Of a DNA stretch of 64,000 nucleotides, positions 18,047 to 26,312 are shown piece by piece. The notes under the pieces were generated by a model. The model was not told the origin of the DNA. It saw nothing but the letters and a program-made list of their open reading frames with translations, and did no database searches. This DNA comes from Ignavibacteriota bacterium (GTDB lineage: Bacteria > Bacteroidota > Ignavibacteria > UBA10030 > UBA6906). A program made the translations under genes and the position numbers. The DNA lies in assembly GCA_003157485.1 (NCBI GenBank), contig PMJQ01000101.1:11443-75442 (forward strand), read 5' to 3'. Every line of letters begins with the position of its first letter. The first letter of the stretch is position 1.

Positions 18047-19368
18047 AACGGAATGAGTTTCTCCGCTTCTCCGCCTCCGCCGCTTTCGGCGCGGCGGTGT
18101 TCCCCTCCCTGCTCGGCGGCCGGAGGCCGCCGGAGGGAGCGCATCGGGCGCCCGCGACTGCCCCCGGTGCGCTCCCCGGGATGCCCTCCTATACGCCCCC
18201 CGATGCGGAAGAAGAACGGTACTGGGAATTCGTCCGCGCGCAATTTCCCCTCGAGACGACGCGCGCCTATCTCAACACCGGAGGGCTCGGCGCGTCCCCG
18301 TATCCGGTCATCGACGCCGTGACGGGGAAGATCGAGGAGCTTGAGAAGATATGCGAAACCGGTCACGCGGATTCCGTCCTGGACGAAATCCGGAGGGATG
18401 CGGGCGCCCTCCTGGGGTGCGACGGCGCGGAGCTCGCATTCACGCGGAACACGACGGAAGGAATCAACATCGTCGCCAACGGGCTCCCCTTCCGCAGGGG
18501 GGACGAGGTCATACTGACGACGCAGGAGCATATCGCAAACGTGTTCACGTGGCTCGCGCTGGCGAAGCGCGAGGGGATTGTGCTCCGCCTGTTCGAGCCC
18601 TCCACGGTCTCCGATGCGGAGAACATCGACGCCCTGACCCGCTGCATCACGCAGCGGACCCGCCTCATCAGCATCCCGCACGCGCTCACGACGACGGGAA
18701 TGATCATGCCCGTCGCGCAGATCGCGCGCATCGCCAGGGAAAAGAAGATCTGGTTTTTCGTGGACGGGGCGCAGACCGCCGGGATGTTCCCGTTCAGCCT
18801 GCATGAGATCGGGTGCGACGCCTACGCCACGAGCGGCCACAAGTGGCTCCTGGGGCCGAAGGAAACGGGACTCCTGTACGTCCGCAGGGAGATGCTCGAC
18901 ACGATCGCCCCGAAATTCGTGGGGGCCTACTCCGGGGGCGACTTCGACATTCAGAAAGGGACGGTGTCATTCAACCCGGCGGCACAGCGCTACGAATACG
19001 GAACCGTGAGCATGCCGCTGCGCGTGGGACTCGGCGCGGCGATTGCGTTCATCAGGAGCATCGGGATCCGGAGGATTTGGGACCGCGACAGGATGATGGC
19101 GGACTCCCTTGTCGCCGGGCTCGGGGCGCTCCCCGACATCATTCTCGTCTCCCCGGCGCGGGCCGAAATGCGGACGGCGATGGTGACGATTCAGCACCGG
19201 ACGCTGCCTCACGAGAAACTCCAGGCGCACCTTGACACGTACAATCTGCGCACGCGCTCCGTGACCGAAGGAGGCATGCATGCTCTCCGGCTCTCGTTCC
19301 ACCTGTACAACACGCCGGGGGAGGTCGCCCGGGTCCTCGAAGCACTCCGCACCGCCCCGAAAGGATGA
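18043..19368 (+). CDS. class V aminotransferase-fold PLP enzyme (cysteine desulfurase / isopenicillin-N epimerase-like) with Tat-like N-terminus
   Basis: 'MKRNEFLRFSASAAFGAAVFPSLLGG', then 'AYLNTGGLGASPYPVIDAV', 'FTRNTTEGINIVANGL', 'DAYATSGHKWLLGPKETGLLYV' (PLP lysine context). ATGA overlap upstream. Confidence 0.75.
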   Translation: MKRNEFLRFSASAAFGAAVFPSLLGGRRPPEGAHRAPATAPGALPGMPSYTPPDAEEERYWEFVRAQFPLETTRAYLNTGGLGASPYPVIDAVTGKIEELEKICETGHADSVLDEIRRDAGALLGCDGAELAFTRNTTEGINIVANGLPFRRGDEVILTTQEHIANVFTWLALAKREGIVLRLFEPSTVSDAENIDALTRCITQRTRLISIPHALTTTGMIMPVAQIARIAREKKIWFFVDGAQTAGMFPFSLHEIGCDAYATSGHKWLLGPKETGLLYVRREMLDTIAPKFVGAYSGGDFDIQKGTVSFNPAAQRYEYGTVSMPLRVGLGAAIAFIRSIGIRRIWDRDRMMADSLVAGLGALPDIILVSPARAEMRTAMVTIQHRTLPHEKLQAHLDTYNLRTRSVTEGGMHALRLSFHLYNTPGEVARVLEALRTAPKG

Positions 19369-19374
19369 CCCTGC

Positions 19375-21291
19375 ATGAAATCGGTCAACATATTCGATGT
19401 GGGCTTTATCTTCGTCTACTTCCTCATCATCATGGGGATCGGGCTGTATTTCATGAAGGTCAACAAGGGGGGAAAAGAGTACTTCACGGGGGGGAGCATG
19501 ATTCCCTGGTGGATGTCGGGGATCTCGCTCTACATGGGGAACTTCAGCGCCTGGATTTTCACGGGTGCGGCCGGGTTTGCCTACACCTCCGGCTGGTTCA
19601 CGATACTGTATCTTGCCGTCGGCCCCGTTGCGTATCTCGTCGGATCACACCTCACGGCGAAGCTGTGGCGCCGGACCCGCTCGATCTCCCCTCTCCAGTA
19701 CATCCAGACCCGGTACAACCTGAGCACGCAGCAGCTGATGAGCGGCGTGATCGCGACAAATTTCATACTCTCGGCGGGCGTCCAGCTTGCCTCCACGTGC
19801 AAGCTCTTTGCGCCGATCATCGGCATCGACATGACGACAATCGTGCTCATCATCGGCAGCATCGTCCTCCTGCACAACATGCTGGGCGGCCTCTGGGGGG
19901 ACATGGCGATGGACGTCGTGCAGGGGGTCGTGCTCCTGGGGATCACGTTCACCGTGATGCCGCTGAGCCTGGGGCTCATCGGGGGTTTCGGGGAGCTCCT
20001 GAAGGCGATGCCCCCCGTGTCGTTCGACCAGACGTACAACGGCGTTCACTACACGCAGCACTGGCTTGTTGCGATACTCATAATCACGAGCATCGGGTTC
20101 GCGGCAGGTGGCGCGCAGCGGTTCTACTCCGTCAGGGACGAGAAGAGCGCAAAGCGGGTCGGCAGGCTCGCCGCGCTCCTTGCGTGCTCCGTGCCGCTCG
20201 TGTTCGGGATCCCGCCCCTCGTCGCGAAGGTGTACTGGCCCGACCTCTCCCAGGTCGATTTCTTCAAACCCTTCATCGGGAAGAACCCGCAGGACCTCGT
20301 GTTCGTCGGACTCGTGTTCAGGCTCCTCCCGCACGGCCTTATCGGTGTGTTTATCGCCGCGATGCTCGCCGCGACGATGACGACGCTCAGCACGGTGTAC
20401 AATATGGTCTCGTCGATCATCTCCCACGACATGTACAAGGGGGTCATCAAACCCGATCTGTCGGACAGGGCGCTTCTGAAGGTCGGCCGCATCACGTCGC
20501 TCTGCCTCGGACTCATCGTGATGGGACTGGCGATCACGTTCATACACAGCACGTTCGGGCTCTTCAATCAGATGCAGGCCTTCTTCACGCTCTTTAACAT
20601 CCCGGTGACGGTCCCTCTCGCTTTCGGGCTCATATTCCGCCGCATCCCGAAGTGGGCGGCGCTCGGGTCGATACTCTGGAGCCTGATCATGGGGTCGGTG
20701 GCACGGTACCTTCTCGGATGGGACATCGGTCCGCAGGTGTACCTCTCGACGATTCTCTCGTTCGGCGTCCTGCTTTCCTCCTCCTTCGTGGCGGACCTGT
20801 ACAGAACGCGGAAGCCCCTTCTCTGGACGATAAGCATTCTCATAAGCGCGGTCCTCGCCGTGATATTCGCGCTCTCTCCCGGAGCGAACGCGGCTCCGTG
20901 GCAGATCGCGGCGTCCATCGCCTGCGCGGTCGTGCTCGGGCCCACGCTCGTCCCGCTGGCCCGGCTTTTTGCGCGCGACACGGACGAGGAAAAGAAGGAG
21001 ATTCTCCGGTTCTACGAGAAGCTCGACACGCCCGTTGATGTCCAGGCGGAAGTGTTCGCGGCGGGACGCAAGCAGGTGGCGACTCTCCCCGTTGTGGGAA
21101 GGACGATCGTGTTCCTTGGCGTCCTCGTCGGACTGGCATTCCTCAACACGCTCGGGACGGACGAGACGATCGCCGTGATCGCGATGATGACGATCCTTCT
21201 CGGGTTCGGGGGGACGCTCTGGATTGCCGGGAAAAGGGTGCAGATGCGCGAGGCAAGGGAGATGGGTGTCTCACCCAACCCTGTTCAGTAG
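19375..21291 (+). CDS. sodium:solute symporter (SSS) family transporter
   Basis: Polytopic membrane protein. 'GGKEYFTGGSMIPWWMSGISLYMGNFSAWIFTGAAGFAY'. Paralog of 55641..57425. Confidence 0.85.
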   Translation: MKSVNIFDVGFIFVYFLIIMGIGLYFMKVNKGGKEYFTGGSMIPWWMSGISLYMGNFSAWIFTGAAGFAYTSGWFTILYLAVGPVAYLVGSHLTAKLWRRTRSISPLQYIQTRYNLSTQQLMSGVIATNFILSAGVQLASTCKLFAPIIGIDMTTIVLIIGSIVLLHNMLGGLWGDMAMDVVQGVVLLGITFTVMPLSLGLIGGFGELLKAMPPVSFDQTYNGVHYTQHWLVAILIITSIGFAAGGAQRFYSVRDEKSAKRVGRLAALLACSVPLVFGIPPLVAKVYWPDLSQVDFFKPFIGKNPQDLVFVGLVFRLLPHGLIGVFIAAMLAATMTTLSTVYNMVSSIISHDMYKGVIKPDLSDRALLKVGRITSLCLGLIVMGLAITFIHSTFGLFNQMQAFFTLFNIPVTVPLAFGLIFRRIPKWAALGSILWSLIMGSVARYLLGWDIGPQVYLSTILSFGVLLSSSFVADLYRTRKPLLWTISILISAVLAVIFALSPGANAAPWQIAASIACAVVLGPTLVPLARLFARDTDEEKKEILRFYEKLDTPVDVQAEVFAAGRKQVATLPVVGRTIVFLGVLVGLAFLNTLGTDETIAVIAMMTILLGFGGTLWIAGKRVQMREAREMGVSPNPVQ

Positions 21292-21380
21292 CGGCGGAAT
21301 CGGGCGGCTTCAGGCCGGACCCGCGTGAAGAATTCTGCCGCATTCGTCCGGCAAGGCTTCCCTCCGGCCTTACCGGAGAC

Positions 21381-21409
21381 TTGTGCGGTGGGGTGTTTTT
21401 TTGTATACT
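21381..21409 (+). promoter_or_regulatory. candidate promoter TTGTGC, 17 nt, TATACT upstream of the IclR-type gene
   Basis: TTGTGC at 21381-21386, 17-nt spacer, TATACT at 21404-21409, in a 166-nt intergenic gap. Confidence 0.4.
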
Positions 21410-21417
21410 TATAAATC

Positions 21418-21442
21418 ACTAATAAAACAACGTTTTATTAGT
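21418..21442. promoter_or_regulatory. perfect 11-3-11 AT-rich inverted repeat ACTAATAAAAC-AAC-GTTTTATTAGT; candidate IclR operator
   Basis: Read directly. It sits just downstream of the candidate -10 box and 16 nt upstream of the IclR ATG, and it stands out in a GC-rich background. Confidence 0.55.
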
Positions 21443-21457
21443 CACACGAAGGCACCT

Positions 21458-22237
21458 ATGGCCAGGGACTACTCGGTTCCCGCAATTCACAGGGCGGTGC
21501 AGGTGATAGAACTGCTCGCCGCCTCTCACAGCGGCTTCTCGCTGGCGGAAGTGTCGCGCCAGACCGGCATTCCGAAAAGCTCGCTCTTCCGCATTCTCGC
21601 CGCACTCGAGCAGCACTCGATCGTCCTCCAGGATCACGAAAGGAAGATCTTCCGCCTCGGGATGAAACTCCTCGACTGGGGGAACGCCGCGCTCGAAAAA
21701 ATCGACCTCAAAACGATCGTCCATCCGCATCTCATACGGATGGCGCATGAAACGCGCGAGAGCTATTACCTGACGATTCTCGACGGTTTTGAGGTCATCA
21801 TCATCGACCGCGCCGACAACCCCGAGATGTGGTCGATCGTGGCCCGCCTCGGGGCGCGCTCCCCGGTGCATGCCACCGCCTCGGGTCAGGTGCTCATCGC
21901 GGACCTTCCCGAGGAGACGCTCCACCGGATCATCGGACAGAGCGGCATGAAAAAGTTCACCGCGAAGACAATCACGAGCGAGCTGCGTCTGAAGAAACGG
22001 CTCCGCGAGATCGTGCGCGACGGGTTTTCCGTCGCCGATGCGGAGTACAAGCCGGATCTCTGCGCGATCTCGGTCCCCATTTACGATCACAACGGGAAGG
22101 TGGTGGCCGCGCTCATGACGGGGATCCAGTCCGAGCGGAAGAAGAAAGAGGAGTCGATCGCCCGGATCATCCGCACCCTGAAGAAGGAGGCCGCGCTGAT
22201 CTCCCATGCCATCGGCTTCGTGGAGGCGGCCGCGTGA
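21458..22237 (+). CDS. IclR family transcriptional regulator
   Basis: wHTH 'VPAIHRAVQVIELLAASHSGFSLAEVSRQTGIPKSSLFRILAALEQHSIV', followed by an IclR effector domain 'SPVHATASGQVLIADLPEE'. Confidence 0.9.
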   Translation: MARDYSVPAIHRAVQVIELLAASHSGFSLAEVSRQTGIPKSSLFRILAALEQHSIVLQDHERKIFRLGMKLLDWGNAALEKIDLKTIVHPHLIRMAHETRESYYLTILDGFEVIIIDRADNPEMWSIVARLGARSPVHATASGQVLIADLPEETLHRIIGQSGMKKFTAKTITSELRLKKRLREIVRDGFSVADAEYKPDLCAISVPIYDHNGKVVAALMTGIQSERKKKEESIARIIRTLKKEAALISHAIGFVEAAA

Positions 22238-22248
22238 GCGCCTCCGGA

Positions 22249-23070
22249 ATGAAGCCCCTGGAGCTGGGGATCGTCAGTGACGAGATCGCGGCCGATTTCC
22301 GGACGGCGGCGGGCCACGGGATTGCTTGGGGGATCACGCGGTACGAAATCCGGTGCCTGGCGAGCGGCCGGGTGCCGGACGTGCACATGGCCGAATGGGA
22401 AGACGCGGTCGCCGCCGCCCGGGAACACGGGCTCACGATTACCGCTCTCTCTCCCGGCATACTGAAGCACTCGCTCGACAGGTACGCCGACCTGGAGAGA
22501 GAACTGCGCGAGACCCTCCCGCGCACAATCGATTGCGCGTGGCAGTGCGGCGCGGGCCTGATCATCGTGTTCGGCGTCCAGAGGAGAAAAGGTGACACCG
22601 CCGCCGATCACGCGCGGGTCGTCGAGCTTCTGCGCCGTGCGGCTGATGCGGCGGGGAGCGCAGGGGTGAAGATTGCCATAGAGAACGAACCCGGGTTTCA
22701 CTGCGACACGGGGGCGGCAACACGGGCGATCATCGACGAGGTGGGCTCGCCGGCGCTCGGTGCAAACTGGGATCCGTGCAACGCCTACGGGACGGACGAG
22801 ATCCCGTACCCGGATGGGTACGCGGCGCTCAAACCCGTGATCCTGAACGTCCATGCCAAGGATACCGCCCGCGGATCCCTCATCCAGTGCGTTCCGATCG
22901 GCGAGGGGGCGATCGACTGGGAAGGACAGATCAGGGCGCTTGTCGCCGACGCGATAGTGCCGCACGTTACGATCGAGACCCACTGCCTGCCGCTCGTTGA
23001 GCAATCCGCGAAGAACGTCCGGACGCTCCGCGCGCTCCTCGGGAAGGCAGTCCTGGCGGCGGGCGTATAA
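22249..23070 (+). CDS. sugar phosphate isomerase/epimerase (xylose isomerase-like TIM barrel)
   Basis: 'VKIAIENEPGFHCDTGAATRAIIDEVGSPALGANWDPCN', 'VHAKD', 'TIETH'. A GTG at 22234 that overlaps the IclR stop is an alternative start. Confidence 0.8.
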   Translation: MKPLELGIVSDEIAADFRTAAGHGIAWGITRYEIRCLASGRVPDVHMAEWEDAVAAAREHGLTITALSPGILKHSLDRYADLERELRETLPRTIDCAWQCGAGLIIVFGVQRRKGDTAADHARVVELLRRAADAAGSAGVKIAIENEPGFHCDTGAATRAIIDEVGSPALGANWDPCNAYGTDEIPYPDGYAALKPVILNVHAKDTARGSLIQCVPIGEGAIDWEGQIRALVADAIVPHVTIETHCLPLVEQSAKNVRTLRALLGKAVLAAGV

Positions 23071-23086
23071 TAGGAACCGGTGTCCG

Positions 23087-24157
23087 ATGCCCTCACTTTT
23101 CGGCCGGGATATCGGGAGGAACGACCTCCTGAAACGGGTAGGCGATCTTTCGCAGGTCGCCGGCATCCGCATGATGACGCTCGCGGACGGGGCGGAACGG
23201 GGGGTGAGGATCGCGGACGTGCGAACCGGATCGGGCCTCCGTTTTCAGGTCACGCTTGACCGGGGGATGGATCTCTCCGTTGCCGAATACCGCGGCATAC
23301 CGCTTGCGTACAGGAGTCCGGCGGGAGATGCGCACCCCGCACGGTTCGAGCCGGAGGGGAGGGGCTGGCTCAGGACGTTCGCCGGTGGACTGATGACAGG
23401 GTGCGGCATGACGTACCTCGGCTCCCCGTGCACCGATGAAGGGGAGAGCCTGGGCCTCCACGGTCGGCTCTCGCATCTCCAGGCAGCCGCCGCGGCCGCA
23501 TCGGAGCGCTGGGAGGGGGACGAATGTACGCTTCGTCTCTCGGGATCGCTCAGGGAATGCGTGATGTTCGGGGAGAACATACTCCTCTCACGCGTCATCG
23601 AAACGGCGGTCGGCAGCTCGCGCATTACGCTGAGGGATGCGGTGCGGAACGAAGGAAACGCGCGGTCCCCTCTGATGATGCTCTATCATGTCAACGCCGG
23701 CTGGCCGCTCATCGACGCCGGGACGCGCCTTCTCCTCGGAGGTGCGAAAACGACTCCGCGCGATCCGATTGCCGCAGCGGGACTGGAGTTCGCCCGGTCA
23801 TTTACCGCCCCCGTCGCCGGTTTCGAAGAACAGGTGTTCTATCACGAGCCCGCGGCGGACAGCGAGGGATATGCCGCCGCGCTTCTCGAGAACGGAAGGC
23901 TCGGCCTCGCCCTCATGGTCCGGTTTCGTCCGGGCCAGCTCCGCCGTCTCGTCGAGTGGAAGATGATGGCCGAAGGATCGTACGTCGTGGGGCTCGAGCC
24001 CGCCAACTGCGGCGTTGAAGGAAGGGATGCCGAACGGCGGGCGGGGACGCTGGAATTCCTTGAACCGGGGGAAGAGCGTCATTTTGAGGTGCAGATCGAA
24101 GTCATCGACGGCGCGGAAAAGATCGCATCGGCGATTGCACGAAACCGCCTGGCCTGA
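23087..24157 (+). CDS. aldose 1-epimerase-like protein (DUF4432 family)
   Basis: 'LFGRDIGRNDLLKRVGDLSQVAGIRMMTLADGAERGVRIADVRTGSGLRFQVTLDRGMDLSVAEYRGIPLAY' and 'LMMLYHVNAGWP' match my memory of DUF4432/mutarotase-like proteins. Confidence 0.65.
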   Translation: MPSLFGRDIGRNDLLKRVGDLSQVAGIRMMTLADGAERGVRIADVRTGSGLRFQVTLDRGMDLSVAEYRGIPLAYRSPAGDAHPARFEPEGRGWLRTFAGGLMTGCGMTYLGSPCTDEGESLGLHGRLSHLQAAAAAASERWEGDECTLRLSGSLRECVMFGENILLSRVIETAVGSSRITLRDAVRNEGNARSPLMMLYHVNAGWPLIDAGTRLLLGGAKTTPRDPIAAAGLEFARSFTAPVAGFEEQVFYHEPAADSEGYAAALLENGRLGLALMVRFRPGQLRRLVEWKMMAEGSYVVGLEPANCGVEGRDAERRAGTLEFLEPGEERHFEVQIEVIDGAEKIASAIARNRLA

Positions 24158-24200
24158 CCCCCCTTAAGACGGCGCTGCCGGGCACCGGTACATAGTGAGA

Positions 24201-26312
24201 ATGGACATGCCTACTTCACGAAGGGATTTCCTGAAGGCCGGTGCGCTTGCAGCAGCCGGATTACCGATCATCCCCGCTCTCCGGGTTCCCGCTGCGCCCC
24301 CGCCGGCACAGACGCACCCGGCAGGACTGAAAGTCCCGCCTTCTGTGGCGGGACTGAAAGTCCCGCCTTCTGTGGCGGGGGGAGGTCTCTTCTTCGACGA
24401 CGCGGATATTCCGCGCATGCGCCGGGCGATCGAACACCCCCACGTCGCCTCATACTGGAAGTCGATAACCGGGGCCGACCTGTCCGCAGACGCGGAATTC
24501 ATCCGGAGCGGGGCGAAGCTCAACAACCACTCGAAGGACATGCTCCGGGTGCGCCAGATACTGGAGCGGACCTCGTTCGTCTATGCGCTGACCGGGGATG
24601 CCGCACAGCGCGACGTTGCGCGGCGTGCCGTGGATAAGATGCTCGAATATCCGAAGTGGGATTATTTCCTCGAAGGGGGAAAGGACGTGATCGGCTTCCA
24701 GCGGGCCCCCGAGGCGACGATCGCAATGTCATGTGCGCGCCAGTGGCTCAGGGGCGCCCTGTCGGATGAGACCGCACGCGAGATCGAGACTCAGATCGGC
24801 GAGAAGGGAGCCCCCGCCTGCTTCCGCACCCTGTACGGCATGAAGTATCCCGACCGGGTGCAGGGGTGGGGATTTGACCCGGAAGACGACTACCCGTTCC
24901 ATGTCGACCTGCGGAGGTGGCCGCTCATACTGAATTCCACAAACCTGAAGGCGATCCCGATCGCGGGTCTGGGGATCGCCGGGTGTCTCCTGCGCGGCAA
25001 ACATCCGCAGGCCGAGCGGTGGATAGCGATGGCGGAACAGAGCGCGCGCGCGTTCGCGCTCATGTACGGGCCGGACGGCGCGTATGACGAAGGGGTGGGA
25101 TACTGGGGGTACACTTCCACGCACATTACGCTCCTTGTCGAAGTCCTCCGCAGGACGCTGGGGAGGGATATCGCCGGGATCATCAACTATCCCGGGACGG
25201 TCAGGTACGGCCTCAGGATGTGGATGCCGGGTGCCGGCCGGCCGAACGACTGCGTCAATTTCAGCGACGCATGGGCGATGGGGGACATGTCGATCGCCGC
25301 ATGGACTGCAGGCCGGTTCAGAGACGGCGTCGCTCAGTACGTGGCCACGCACGCGGGGGAACTCTCCAGCCCCTGGTCCGTTATCTGGCTGGATCCCGCG
25401 CTGAGGGAGGAAAAGCCCGGGGCCGATCTGTTTGACGTCCGTTTCTCGAACGACTGGGTGGTCGCGCGGAGCGGATGGGACGAGTCGGACGGCGTCGTCG
25501 CGCTCAGGAGCGGCGGACCGTCGAATCACGAACACGCCGACCGGAACAGCGTGATATTCAAGGTGCATGGGGAACGGATCTACCATGACCCCTATCATGC
25601 CGCCTACCCGAACACCGACCCGCTCTGGGTCCTCCGCCTGACGAAATCGCATTCCTCGGTCCTCATCGGGGGACAGGGGCATCAGTACCACGACGGTCAC
25701 GAGGGGACGAACGCATCATTTGCCGAGGCGCATGTCGTGGAGTACCGGGCGGACGACCGTTCGATGGTCGTTACAAGCGACGCCACGGCGGCCTACGCTC
25801 TTGTGAATCCCGACGTCACGCTTGTCCGGAGAACTCTCGTCTTCCTGAAGCCGGACGTGCTTGCGGTGCTCGATCGCGTGAGGCTTGCCAGGAATCCCCT
25901 CCCGGTGCAGGTGCGGTTCCAGATCGACAACTCCGACGGCAGGGGATCCGTCGCCGCCGCGCAGTCGGGGTTCACCGTCTCCCGCCCGAATGCGGCTGCG
26001 TACGCGGCCGTTCTCGGCGGCGGGGAGGTGCGCGTGAGATGCGCGAATCTCGAGATCCCCGCCGACAAAGGGGTCTTCCCGTACGCGGAGGCGGAATCCG
26101 CCCCCGCACTTGATCACCTCATACTCACTGTGTGTGACGCCTGCGGCACCTGTGGCGCCGGAGGCGCCACCGGAGGCGCCGCCGGTACGGCGAAGGGCCG
26201 GTCGCTCCGCACGACGCGTGAGGGGAACGTGTGGCGCATCGCCGGCGGGGGCGGCGTTCCCGCCGTGGCAATCGACACGACGACAGACACGCCGGCAGTG
26301 ACAATCGGATGA
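24201..26312 (+). CDS. heparinase II/III-like polysaccharide lyase family protein with Tat signal
   Basis: 'MDMPTSRRDFLKAGALAAAG'. C-terminal 'GGPSNHEHADRNSVIFKVHGERIYHDP' (Hepar_II_III-type H-x-H-x-D). GTG 24195 or ATG 24207 are alternative starts. Contains the 27-bp tandem repeat and a GGCGCC-rich element. Confidence 0.75.
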   Translation: MDMPTSRRDFLKAGALAAAGLPIIPALRVPAAPPPAQTHPAGLKVPPSVAGLKVPPSVAGGGLFFDDADIPRMRRAIEHPHVASYWKSITGADLSADAEFIRSGAKLNNHSKDMLRVRQILERTSFVYALTGDAAQRDVARRAVDKMLEYPKWDYFLEGGKDVIGFQRAPEATIAMSCARQWLRGALSDETAREIETQIGEKGAPACFRTLYGMKYPDRVQGWGFDPEDDYPFHVDLRRWPLILNSTNLKAIPIAGLGIAGCLLRGKHPQAERWIAMAEQSARAFALMYGPDGAYDEGVGYWGYTSTHITLLVEVLRRTLGRDIAGIINYPGTVRYGLRMWMPGAGRPNDCVNFSDAWAMGDMSIAAWTAGRFRDGVAQYVATHAGELSSPWSVIWLDPALREEKPGADLFDVRFSNDWVVARSGWDESDGVVALRSGGPSNHEHADRNSVIFKVHGERIYHDPYHAAYPNTDPLWVLRLTKSHSSVLIGGQGHQYHDGHEGTNASFAEAHVVEYRADDRSMVVTSDATAAYALVNPDVTLVRRTLVFLKPDVLAVLDRVRLARNPLPVQVRFQIDNSDGRGSVAAAQSGFTVSRPNAAAYAAVLGGGEVRVRCANLEIPADKGVFPYAEAESAPALDHLILTVCDACGTCGAGGATGGAAGTAKGRSLRTTREGNVWRIAGGGGVPAVAIDTTTDTPAVTIG
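24324..24377 (+). repeat. perfect 2 x 27-bp tandem direct repeat inside the CDS (encodes AGLKVPPSV twice)
   Basis: ggactgaaagtcccgccttctgtggcg at 24324-24350 is repeated exactly at 24351-24377. The junction forms a 9-bp stem GGCGGGACT-GAA-AGTCCCGCC (24347-24367). Confidence 0.95.
26139..26180 (-). repeat. GGCGCC-rich 42-nt element, copy A (reverse orientation relative to copy B at 35114)
   Basis: The reverse complement ggcgcctccggtggcgcctccggcgccacaggtgccgcaggc matches 35114-35155 at 39 of 42 positions by my manual alignment. It is in frame and encodes 'ACGTCGAGGATGGA'. Confidence 0.8.

Noticed and set aside
19365-20597. 410-aa plus-strand ORF in another frame of the first symporter gene
   Set aside because: The frame starting at 19375 encodes an obvious polytopic SSS transporter. 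The alternative frame is His/Arg/Asp-rich and has no hydrophobic segments.
24324-24377. CRISPR-like repeat
   Set aside because: There are only two directly abutting copies with no spacer, in frame inside a CDS, and no cas genes in the window.
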